Shown here piece by piece: positions 54,648 to 64,000 of a stretch of DNA of 64,000 nt. The position numbers were made by a program, and so were the translations under genes. The notes under the pieces were generated by a model. That model was not told where the DNA came from, ran no database searches, and saw nothing but the letters and a program-made list of their open reading frames with translations. Source of the DNA: Bryobacterales bacterium (GTDB lineage Bacteria; Acidobacteriota; Terriglobia; Bryobacterales; UBA6623); contig OZ252029.1 in assembly GCA_965247515.1 (NCBI GenBank), positions 6,828,692-6,892,691 of the forward strand. Direction: 5' to 3'. How positions within the stretch are numbered: position 1 is the stretch's first letter; every line of letters starts with the position of its first letter.

Positions 54648-54830
54648 GTGCGTCGCCGCCCCGGAGCCGTGCGCGTCAGCAAGCGGTTGCCCGCGGTTGC
54701 GACAACCGCTCCCTCACGGTCGCGGCTCCTGGGCGGCCGTTTTCATCCCTTTGGGTGGGCCGTCAGGCCCATGGGGCATCGCGCCGTCAGATCAGAGCCG
54801 CGACGGCGAGGGAGCGGGGTCCGCATTCAT
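54648..54830. repeat. REP-like elements (two arms plus spacer)
   Basis: ccggagccgtgcgcgtcagcaagcggttg ... caaccgctccctcacggtcgcggctcc ... gagccgcgacggcgagggagcgg. Confidence 0.7.
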
Positions 54831-55225
54831 CATTCGAAGCTCCTCGCGAACTTCCCGTACGAGCGCTCCCTACGGTGGAAACCGTTGTCGCCCTCGGTGC
54901 GGTCGGACTGGCGTTCGCTGGTTATCGTGAGAGAACAGCGGCTCATGGAACCAACGACCCAGCGTTTCGTGCAATGGGCCGAAGAGACGGTTGTCGAAGG
55001 GGATAATGTTCATGGCTGCCTCCTTGGCGTTTCGTTCGCCACATGATGTGGAGCAAGTTGGTTGCCAAATCAGCCACGCTGAATCGCCGCTCGAGCGCGG
55101 GCGATTCGGCGGCGATCGGGGGATGACACCCATCCGGGCGAGCTGCCGCACTGCCGCATGCGCGGCCCACAACCCGTTAGCGGCCCTATAATTGCTCTGA
55201 CCCCTCATGTAAGGACCCCTTATGA

Positions 55226-56095
55226 ATGTTTAGATTCGCCGCTAAGCAGACAGCCGTCCGGATGCGCGAGCTGGATCGCCAGATCAAGCGCTGCCGGCGC
55301 ACCCAACATGAGGAGCCGATCCATGACCTACGAGTGGCGACCCGCCGCTTGCAAAGTTGCCTGAAAATTTTCGGCAAGTTGTTCCCGGCGCGGCCCGTTC
55401 GAAAGACGCTACAGCGATTGCGTCGGATGCGAGCTCTCGCCGGGACGGTGCGCGACTATGACATCGCCATTGCGCTTGCAATCGAGTCGAGTGACCGGGA
55501 AGGGCGCCTTGTCAATCATCTGCGCGCTCGGCGAAGCGAGGCGGCCGATGCGTTCGCGGCGCGGCTCAAGTCGTGGCCCAAGCCCGGAAGTATTGAGCGT
55601 TGGCGGGCCGACCTGCGGCTGGAGAGAGAGCCGGCGGCGAAAAAGCTCTCAGCGAGCGGCTGGGATGCGGGGCGCTCCGCGGCTGTAAACGCTGGGAAGA
55701 CCTTACCGCCGCTGTGCGCGAAGTTCTTCCGAGAAGGACACGAACTACTTAGAAGCTCGTGTGACGACGCCGCGCTGCATCGCTTCAGGATTCGAGCAAA
55801 GCGCTTTCGCTACACGCTCGAGATCTTCGAACCGTGCTACGGCAGGGGCCTGAGGAAGTGGGTCGACTCCCTCAAACTACTCCAAGAACACCTGGGCTGG
55901 ATCAACGACTGCCAGACAACGCAAGCGTTGATCAGCCGCGAGCAGGTCGCTTGCTTCGCGCAAGAAGCGCTCGAATTTGGTCAATTCCTCAAGTCCACGG
56001 CGCGCCTACGCCGGGCCGCGGCGGTCGAGCTCTGGGGTGACCGCTTCCGCCGCCGGAAGGTCGAGCGCCGATGGGTCCACTACCTCTCCCGCTAG
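55226..56095 (+). CDS. CHAD-domain protein
   Basis: HDLRVATRRLQSCL and repeated His/Arg-rich helices are characteristic of CHAD. Confidence 0.65.
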   Translation: MFRFAAKQTAVRMRELDRQIKRCRRTQHEEPIHDLRVATRRLQSCLKIFGKLFPARPVRKTLQRLRRMRALAGTVRDYDIAIALAIESSDREGRLVNHLRARRSEAADAFAARLKSWPKPGSIERWRADLRLEREPAAKKLSASGWDAGRSAAVNAGKTLPPLCAKFFREGHELLRSSCDDAALHRFRIRAKRFRYTLEIFEPCYGRGLRKWVDSLKLLQEHLGWINDCQTTQALISREQVACFAQEALEFGQFLKSTARLRRAAAVELWGDRFRRRKVERRWVHYLSR

Positions 56096-56130
56096 CCCCA
56101 ATACTCTTCACTTAAGGATGAGCTGGGAGT

Positions 56131-56185
56131 TTGGTCGCGGAACCCGCTCCCTTGCGACCGCAAGGGAGCGGGTTCCGCACACTCC
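56131..56185. repeat. REP-like tight hairpin gcggaacccgctcccttgcg-accg-cgcaagggagcgggttccgc
   Basis: Same arm sequence as the 1391 element. Confidence 0.8.
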
Positions 56186-56261
56186 GGCCGCGCGGTAAGT
56201 GAAGAGTATTGCCGCTATCCCGCATTTCTCGCCACTTGGTCCGCAACCGAAAGACCGGCGC

Positions 56262-56783
56262 TCACTTCCGGGCGGTCATTTGTCGGACGACATCGGCGGC
56301 ATTGCCGGTCTTGTCGAGCACGTCTAGCTGACGTCGAGCCCAGCTTGGCTCCACGGCCATCTGGCGGAGCCTTTCGAACCGCGGCGCCGTATCGGGGCTC
56401 GCGTAGCCGCCCTCCAGATCTTCGAGGAGATCGAGGAACATTTCGCGCGCCGGCCGACTCTCGTAGCTCTTGGTGTCGACGAAATTCGCGTCTAACCCGA
56501 AACGCTCAGCGCGCCACATATTCTGGCTGACCAGCATCGGGTGGCAATCGTGCTGATAGGCGCCCTCTTCGATCTGGTCGGACAGGCCGCGCACGAGACA
56601 GTGGACTAGCGTGGCCAGGGCGCACACATCCTCGAGGCTCCCTGGCATGTCACACACTCGGACCTCGACGGTACCGAAGGTGTTGTGCGGCCGCACGGTC
56701 CACCAGATATCGCGGATGGAGTTGATGAACCGGGTGTCTTCAAGGTGCTTGACCAGCCAAACGTATTCACTCCAATTCCTCAT
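56262..56783 (-). pseudogene. Carboxylate-amine ligase (YbdK/GCS2-family) C-terminal fragment
   Basis: ..FGTVEVRVCDMP....A....L...L is the GCS2 C-terminal signature. The N-terminal half is absent. Confidence 0.55.
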
Positions 56784-56872
56784 CAGCGGCGGCAGGCCGG
56801 CCGTCGGCAGCGCGTCAATAATCTTTGAGCGGTGAGACAGCAGGCCGGTGACACGGCCTTCCCACCAGGGGC

Positions 56873-57535
56873 GTGCTGGACTTGGCCGACGGAGGCACGC
56901 TGTTTCTTGACGAGATCGGCGAGCTGCAATCGCACCTGCAGGCGAAGCTCCTGCGCGTGCTCGAAGACCAATGCTTCCGGCGCCTGGGCGGGGTGAAAGA
57001 CATTCAGGTCGACATGCGCATTATCACCGCAACGAATCGAAACCTGGCGAACGCGGTGCGCAGCGGGCTGTTTCGCGAAGACCTCTTCTACCGCCTCAAT
57101 GTGATTCAGGTCTTGATCCCGCCGCTACGCGAACGCCGCGACGACATTGGGCCTTTAGCGCGGCACTTCGTGGAACATTATCGATCCAGGCTCAGGCGCG
57201 AGATTGACTCCATTTCAGACGAGGCTCTAGAGCTCATGCGAAACCACCTCTGGCCCGGCAATGTTCGCGAGCTGCGCAACGTGATCGAGCGGGCCATGGT
57301 GCTGGAGGATTCAGATCGGATTGAAGCGGCGAGTCTCGTGCTTGAACGCGACCCCTTGGCGGCGCCGTTAGAGACGGAAGCAGCCACCCCGGCCGGCACC
57401 CTCGAGGAAGTCGAACGCACCATGCTCGAAGAGGCTTTGCGCGAGTCGAACGGCAACCAGAGCGAAGCGGCGCGGCGGCTCGGAGTCTCCCGCGACACAT
57501 TGCGCTACCGGGTGAAGAAGTTCGGTTTGTCGTGA
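56873..57535 (+). pseudogene. Sigma-54-dependent activator (NtrC-family) C-terminal fragment: partial AAA+ domain plus Fis-type HTH
   Basis: [11 protein letters not shown] (Walker B), GNVRELRN and C-terminal HTH ..AARRLGVSRDTLRYRVKKFGL. No receiver domain or Walker A upstream. Confidence 0.65.
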
Positions 57536-57605
57536 GTCGCCGGAAGTTCGCTGAAGTATTGAGGAGCGCCGCCGGAGGACGGCTGCCTGAGTCCCCCCGA
57601 GTCTT

Positions 57606-57938
57606 GTGGGCCAAGTTTCCGGGAAAGGCGTCGGGCCACGGAAGCGTGTGCTGAGCGCGATCACGGCCCTCAAGACGAAGGAAGCCGAGTCCAAAACGGC
57701 AGTCCGAGACCAGCTCGACCGCACACACCGAGCGGTTGAGCGGCGACAACGGACGGTGATGTTCTGTGATCTTGTCGGCTCGACGGACCCGCCCAACCGG
57801 CTTGACCCTGAGGGCCCGCGCGGCGCGATGCGGTCTTATCACGATGCCGTGCACGCCGCCGTCACGCCTCGGGACCCCGAGGTTTTTCAGGGTTTTCCGG
57901 CGATGCACGCGAATACCTATTGCAAACGACCACCTTGA
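57606..57938 (+). pseudogene. Class III nucleotidyl cyclase-like N-terminal fragment (weak)
   Basis: ..ERRQRTVMFCDLVGST.. resembles the start of adenylyl-cyclase catalytic domains, then diverges. Confidence 0.25.
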
Positions 57939-60900
57939 CCCTGACACTGGCCTCGTGCACGACCAAACCGAGCCCGCACCACCCGCGCAACAGACACTTG
58001 AGACCTGGAAGGAGATTGCCGCCCACCTAAGGCGAGACGTGACTACTGTCCGACGCTGGGAGAAGCGAGAAGGGCTACCAGTCCATCGTCATCAACACGA
58101 CTCAGGTGTCAGCGTGTACGCCTTCCCCGGCGAACTCGATGCGTGGAGAAGAAACCGCAGACTGGCGGGAGTAAAGCCGTCGTCCACGCGCGCGTCGATT
58201 GCCAGGCGCGTGGCCGTGGCGATTGCATTTGCAGCAGCCGCCGCCGTGGTCCTCAAGGGTCCGATTTTGGACCCTCCAAACCCGAGCGCGTCCGCCGATG
58301 ACGGGCTGCAAGCCGAGCGCCTCTTTGCGGGCGCCGACATCGAAACGTTTGGATCAGTTTCTCCCGACGGCCAGTGGGCGACATTCACCGACTGGAGTTC
58401 TGGCGACTTGGCGGTTAAGGACCTCGAATCGACCCAGACCCGTCGATTGACCACGAAAAACTCATGGGACGTCAATGGGTCGTTCACGATGAACGCTGTG
58501 GTATCACCCAGCCGCACAACGGTGGCCTACAATTGGATGCTCCCAAACGGCAACTGGGAGCTTCGGGTAGTGGGGTGGGAAGGGGGACCCGGAAAAAAGA
58601 TCGCTGGAGGCTCCGAAACTCCATGGATACAGCCAATGGCTTGGGCCCCCGATGGTTCGCAGATCGCGGTTTGGGCGTCCTACGATCAAACGCGCAAAAA
58701 CCTCTCGCTCGTAACACCTGACGGCTCATCAAATCGAGTCTTAAAGGAACTCGACGCCGCTCCGAGCGCTGTCCGGTTTTCACCCGACGGGGGCCAAATC
58801 GCGCTGAGTGTCCCTGCCCAGAACTTCGAGAAGCATGACATCTTCTTTCTCTCGATTGCAGACGGAACTACGACAAAGGTTCTGTATCACCCCGCGGACG
58901 ATCGGTTCGTCGCGTGGGTTCCGGATGGCCGCGGTGTTCTATTCTTGAGCGACCGCCGCGGACCTGATTTCGATCTCTGGTGGCTGCCGGATCTTGAATC
59001 GAACGACAGACCCCGCATTGTTCATCGCTCTATCGGCCTAGTTCAACCACTGGGGATTACCGCCGCCGGCGAACTTTACTATCAGCCAAGCCAGAGTAGT
59101 TTGCAAGATCTTTACTCGGTGGAGATTGATCCCAAGTCGGGGAAAGTCTTTGGCGGCCCCGAGCCTGTATTGACCAGTCCCGTGGGTAAAACGCGGAGAG
59201 GTGATTGGTCCCCAGACGGCTCGAAGATCGCGTTTGTCGTGCAGGATGGCTATGACGTCAGGCCCGGCTGGCGGACCCTCTGGCTCTACGACGTATCGAC
59301 CGGTAGAACCAACCAAGTCCTGATGGATCTATACGGCGCTTCTACGCCTTCATGGTCGCAAGCTGCTTGTCTGGGGTGTCGACCGAGACCTGCGGAAAGG
59401 CTTCTACATCTTTGACATCGAATCGCGCACGGTGACGAATGTCGTCGCGGAGGAGCCTCAGGAGGCTATTAGCGGACGGGCCCTCTGGGATGCATCCGGC
59501 GATTCGATCTACTACGGCGTCATCGGCTTCGAAGAGCCAAGAGGTCTGAATATCTTTCGACAATCGCTCGCCGGGGGCGTACGGGAATCTGTGTATAGAA
59601 AGAATGGCCGATTGCTTGTACCGTCAATAGCGATTTCTCGCGACGGTTCTCTGATTGCGGTAGGCGCCTCGCGCTCGAACCCCGGTGACTGGGAGGTCTC
59701 AGTCGTCCCCACCGCAGGTGGTCAGTCGCGAGTGTTGGTTCGGCTCGAGATTGGAGTGAACCCCAAGCGTGAGACAGTCGAAATCGGGACAGGTTACGAT
59801 TCACCGCAAAACGCTTGCCTTCTTCGCTGTATCGTCGCACGCTGGTCCTAGCCGGGGAAGCGGAAGCGGGCTCTGCTGGAGAGCAACCCGCCAAGGAATA
59901 CCCGGCCGCAAACTCATCAAGACGATGAGCGCCGGGGGCGGCCGCCAAGGTCGCTCCCGGCTTCTCCAACGCCGGCGATGTCTCCCTGCCCGCCCAGGGC
60001 CCATCGGATTGATAGATTTGCCTATGCCTCTCAAAACTCATACTTCGGATTCCTCGCTGCTGTTGCCGCCGGCCGCGCCAGCGCTTCAAACTCCGCCGGC
60101 GGACGATATCCCAACGCCGAATGCAGCCGGCGTTGGTTGTAGATCTCATCAATGAACTCGCCGATCGATGCGCGCGCCTCGTCAAGCGTGCGATAACGCT
60201 GCAACCAAACCTCCTCCGCCTTCAACGTCTTCATGAAACTCTCCGCCCGCGCGTTGTCGTAGGGGTTGCCGCGGCGGCTCATCGAGATGATCGCGCCGTG
60301 CTGCTCCAGCAGCTCGACATAGGCGCTCGAAGCGTACTGTACGCCTTGGTCGGAATGATGCATCCACCCCGCGGCAGGGCGTCTGAGCTCGAGCGCATCG
60401 CGCAACGCCCCTACAGCCAGCTCAGCTTTGAGCGTCGTCCCCAGCCGCCAGCCGACCACGCGTCGCGAGTAGGCGTCCAACACCACGGCGAGGTAGACGA
60501 ACGCCTCGCGCAAGCGAATGTAGGTGATATCGGATTGCCACAACTGATCGACGCCGTCCACATTCAGGTGCGCCGCTAGATTCGGATAAACAGGTAAGAA
60601 GTGGTTCGAATCCGTTGTTAGCACGAAGCGCCGCTTGAGTACCGCCAGCAAGTTGTCCTTACGCATCATCCGCAGGACCTTTTTGTGATTGACGAGGAAG
60701 CCTTGGCGGCGCAGCTCGGCCGTCACGCGGCGGTAGCCGTAACGACGATTCTCGAGCGAAATCCGCTGCATGCGGTCACGCAATTCCATGTCGCACTCGG
60801 CGGGCGACGACACGGCGAGCCGGCGATAGAACCCGGCGCGATTCACGCGTCCGAGCTCGCAGGCGTGTTCGACGCTGAGCGAGCCTTTGGCGCTGATCTG

Positions 60901-61628
60901 CTCGACGATGGAGTAGATCCGCTCGCGCCACCGGCGTCGTTGGTCGGGGCTGCGAGGTTCAAGGCGCGAAAGGCTTGTCCGAAAAAATCGAGCTCTGCGG
61001 CTTGTTTGCCGAGCAGTCGTTCGAGCTCTGCGATGCGTTCGTCGCGCGGATCGCGAGGGATCTTGGGCGGCGCCGAGCGGCCGGGTTTCGGCCGGCCTCG
61101 CCGCCGGCTCAAGCCGTTGACGCCTTCCTGGCGATAGGCGTCCCGCCAGCGGTACAGCAGGCTGCGCTTGACGTCCAACTCGCGGCTTAGCGCTGTGCCG
61201 CTCTGGCCGGCTAGGAGCCGCCTGGCGGCGGCTTCCTTGAACTCCACCGTGAACTCCCGCGGCTTGCGCGGCTTGAGACTTTCCATCCTGGACTCCTTTC
61301 CATTCGCTGAAATTCGTCCCGAATTTCAATGTCTCATTTTTAGGGTTCACTCCAGATGCTTGAACGAGACAGCCTCGCTTTCTCCCCCGACGGAGCCTAT
61401 CTCTACTACTCAACGAACTTGAGCGGCAACTTCGCTCGTCCGGACCCGGCAATCTTTCGAGTCGCCGTAGACGGAGGCGAGCCCGAGAAATTGGACGTGA
61501 AACTAGATCGCCGCGCCAATGCGTTAAGGGTTCACCCGGACGGCTCGCGAATCATGTTCACGGCTCTGCAGGCAACGGGAGAGTTGTGGGTGCTTAGGAA
61601 TTTCCTCCCATCGGAGGCTGACAAATGA
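57844..61628 (+). pseudogene. Membrane-anchored HTH regulator with a periplasmic TolB/PD40 beta-propeller. It is interrupted by IS3-family copy 2 and also has a frame break near 59340.
   Basis: ..TWKEIAAHLRRDVTTVRRWEKREGLPVH HTH, a TM helix, then PD40 repeats (FSPDG..). Removing the IS and one gat restores ..VRLEMLERDSLAFSPDGAYLYY.. in frame. The C-terminus ELWVLRNFLP is typical. Confidence 0.65.
59752..61354 (-). mobile_element. IS3-family insertion sequence, copy 2 (3-bp target duplication gat)
   Basis: Same IRs as copy 1. orfA 60843-61286 and orfB 60031-60989 on the minus strand. Confidence 0.85.
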
Positions 61629-61774
61629 CCGCCGCGCTTAAGATCGCACCCGAAGCCGGCCTAATATCGCTGATGACCCTAGCGCTGATCGCGCTATGCG
61701 CTGCATTCGGCGTCCGGTAGCAAATGCGCCGATCACCTGAGCGACTAACGATGAAGAGACGGAAAGATTGAATT

Positions 61775-62227
61775 ATGCGACACGAACAAACGGTAGCCAA
61801 ACGAGCAAAGCTTCTCACTTGGACCTGCTGCATACTTGCACTCCTGGCCTTTTCTTTGGCCGGAACCACCAAACTCGCTGCTCAAAGCTTCCCCATAACA
61901 TTCAATGCGACAGCGTTGGACTCCTCCGATTTCAGTATTGATTTCGGAGCTATCGGCGGCGTTCTCCCGAATGCAGTGACGACGCTCCAGATAATGCCAG
62001 GAACTCACACTTTCACAGGCCCCGCATCTACTGCGCCGTTCAACTTCGAGGTCACTGCGGCGGGAATCGTCGACTATGACGCTTCTCTGGACGCTTTTGT
62101 GAGCGGCCGAGGCACGAGTACGCTGCCCCCCTCGGTTTCTCAACCACGATCGATGCGACGGCACTGGATGCGCAAACCTTCAGCATCGATTTTGGCTCGT
62201 CTGGCGGCGTTCTCCCGAATGCAGTGA
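61775..62227 (+). CDS. Secreted repeat protein (the ..ALDxxxFSIDFGxxGGVLPNAVTT.. unit recurs out of frame at 62150-62230)
   Basis: Signal-like N-terminus. An internal direct repeat is seen at the DNA level. Confidence 0.3.
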   Translation: MRHEQTVAKRAKLLTWTCCILALLAFSLAGTTKLAAQSFPITFNATALDSSDFSIDFGAIGGVLPNAVTTLQIMPGTHTFTGPASTAPFNFEVTAAGIVDYDASLDAFVSGRGTSTLPPSVSQPRSMRRHWMRKPSASILARLAAFSRMQ

Positions 62228-62540
62228 CGACTGGCGGGTGAGGAGGGCGGGTGACAGGCACGTAATTCGATCTTGTTCCCGTCGGACTATTGATTCTAAT
62301 ACACTTACGTTTTTCCTCTGACCACCGCTGCGTTCGCAAAGCGTGAACGTTTCAGTATAACCACCTCACTACAAACAACTTAGGTCTGAAGTCCGCGACG
62401 AATCCATCAAGCATTTCTGAGTGTCCCTGTTGGATCGGGAAACGTCGGCCCCCGCGGCGTGACGAGAGATTCGGAATAGTCTCACAGCTGTCGTAGCGTT
62501 CACCAGCTCGGGGCCTGAAGGGAAAAAGGCGGCGATCGGG

Positions 62541-62640
62541 GTAATTCCGGTGGGACGGGGCTTGGCACGCCACGGCCCTACGTCGTTGGAATCAAAGAGT
62601 ATCGACGTAGGGGCGAGGCATGCCTCGCCCTCTGCGCCCG
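62541..62640. repeat. Small repeat related to the MITE interior (cctacg..cgtagg hairpin plus gaggcatgcctc palindrome)
   Basis: ggcttggca.gcca...ccctacgtcgttg.aa.caaa....cgtaggggcgaggcatgcctcg is shared with 29521-29580. Confidence 0.6.
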
Positions 62641-62898
62641 TGTCGTCCACAGTTCATTCACACCTTCTCGGAGCCTGCTTTTGGCCGGATGTCCGATCTC
62701 GGGCTTGCCCCGCCGCTGTATCATCAGAGTATGAGGATGCGCCGCAATCGCAACGCCGACTCCGCTGCGCAGTACTGCAAGTACCAAGCTGAAAAATCAC
62801 GCCGAAAATAGTACCAAACGCAAAACGAACCCAATTTTCACCAACACGCTTAGACCGTCGGCGAATCCGCTAGCGGGCGAATTCCGGCAACAACCTGT

Positions 62899-63250
62899 CT
62901 AACACAATCCCCAGCCGGAACCCTGGGTCGCCGAACCGGCAATGCGAGATGCGTCCGCGCGGGAGTTGAGATCCGCGCGATGCTCGGTCGACTCGATTCG
63001 CCCTTCAATCGTGACCTGGGCCCCCGTCGGTAAGGGACTCAGCATCGCAAGCGCCATGTTCGCGACGGTTGGGAACCATTCCCTGCCCAGGCCGGGGAGC
63101 AGATTCAGCCCCGACGGACCCGCCAGAATGCCGAATATAACCAGCAAGGTGACGCCGGGCAACGCCGTCCCGCGACCCACGAAATGAGTAGCCAGACCGA
63201 CCAGCAGTAACGTTCCGAGAATGATCAGGAACTGTGCCTGAGTTTCCATT
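62899..63250 (-). pseudogene. Cation:proton antiporter-like N-terminal fragment (two TM segments, then divergence)
   Basis: METQAQFLIILGTLLLVGLATHFVGR..LPGVTLLVIFGILAGPSGLNLLPG resembles a CPA N-terminus. Only about 117 aa. Confidence 0.3.
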
Positions 63251-63517
63251 TCACTCGCTGTCGCAGCAACTCGTCTGCCACGGCGGCGCGCCGGCAATCT
63301 GGTCGTATTTACGGAGCAGCTCGATCAGCGCCCCGCGGCTTTGCCCGAGTGCGACCGCGATCGGACCGGCGCCGAAAGCCTCGACGGCTTCGGGACGTTG
63401 TTCGATCTCGCCTCGGCGGCGGCGGCCGTTGCGGTCTTCGACGACAAAGACGTGTTTTCGATCGGCCCAATCGATGGCCAGTAGAGCGACGAACTCGGGT
63501 TCAGGGGTTTCCGGCAT
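63251..63517 (-). pseudogene. IS110-family transposase N-terminal remnant
   Basis: ..LLAIDWADRKHVFVVED..GEIEQRPEAVEAF is the DEDD/RuvC-like N-terminus of IS110 transposases. The remainder of the gene is absent. Confidence 0.5.
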
Positions 63518-63672
63518 GTTTGCCTCCTTGAAGTTCTGACGGGACCCAAACCGCGGAAGTTGGGCTAGCGCCGCTTCCAGCCTCTTTGGGCTCGTGGATT
63601 CGGAGCACGAACGCGATATTTCGCCAGTAGACGCTTGAATCGCTCTAGATCACTGAACGTGAGGAGGTTCCG

Positions 63673-64000
63673 CTACTCGCGGTCGCGGAACTCTTCGTAC
63701 CAGTTCTGGACCACGTGGATCGCCCGGTTGAGGTTCTCTGGGCTATTGAGTGCCTCCATTACAACGAAGCGCTGCCCGTCCGACGAAACCTCGTAAGAGT
63801 GGGTCAGTTCGAAGGAATGCCTGAATAGCTTCTCCGTTGAGACAACCGTAAGCTGCTGTTCTTCGGCAAGCCTAGCCGATATCAACTGATCACCCTCAAT
63901 GTAGAAAAGCTCATCGCGACCCCAACGTGGATAACGGCCGCCGTCGGTCGAGACCAGTAGCTCGGCATCCCCCGTCGGAAACCGTCGCACGTAGACCTCG
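63673..64000 (-). CDS. PD40/TolB-like beta-propeller protein, C-terminal part (gene continues beyond the window)
   Basis: ..IHVVQNWYEEFRDRE terminal motif and PD40-like repeats. The ORF is open to the window edge. Confidence 0.5.
   Translation of the reverse strand, partial: EVYVRRFPTGDAELLVSTDGGRYPRWGRDELFYIEGDQLISARLAEEQQLTVVSTEKLFRHSFELTHSYEVSSDGQRFVVMEALNSPENLNRAIHVVQNWYEEFRDRE

Overview
High-GC bacterial window (likely Acidobacteria-like) that is a mosaic accessory region, not a core-genome stretch.

Conserved genes: a CPBP protease 3' end, mtnA, the error-prone polymerase dnaE2, an SDR, an amidase, a hutI-like/formiminotransferase pair, a DapA-like lyase, GT2/GT4 glycosyltransferases, deoxysugar genes, two SSS transporters with a DUF3311 partner, BON, TetR, a hotdog thioesterase, CHAD, an SPFH protein and a Uma2 endonuclease.

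These are interleaved with mobile DNA:
- an IS21-family element (istA/istB) 46 bp upstream of dnaE2;
- two inverted, near-identical copies of an IS5/IS1182-like element (13.3-15.2 kb and 46.9-48.8 kb), plus a 150-bp MITE with the same terminal repeats;
- an IS4-superfamily element;
- two direct copies of an IS3-family element, each interrupting a gene;
- an IS110 remnant;
- two identical 1987-bp group II introns carrying an RT/maturase.

A family of REP-like palindromes ('caaccgctccct..cggtcgcggctcc') recurs at least 8 times and is the preferred target of the IS5-like element and its MITE.

A minus-strand tRNA array (28.4-30.2 kb, about 17 units) contains canonical tRNAs plus pseudo/chimeric units and class-I tRNAs carrying Leu-type anticodons (UAG, CAA). 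A further UAG tRNA lies at 32.8 kb next to an AT-rich patch and a large compound palindrome.

The most interesting single locus is a periplasmic MerP/CopZ-like HMA gene (53653-53964, minus) whose first Cys of GMTCxxC is an in-frame TGA. A hairpin with a bulged U and a GUC apical loop sits about 20 nt downstream and matches the bacterial SECIS core closely; a Cys-rich secreted protein lies immediately upstream.

Many genes are truncated: sulfatase, P450, rfbF, YbdK, NtrC-like, NIF, cyclase and CPA fragments. Several apparent frameshifts are single-base insertions in C/G runs and may be assembly artefacts.
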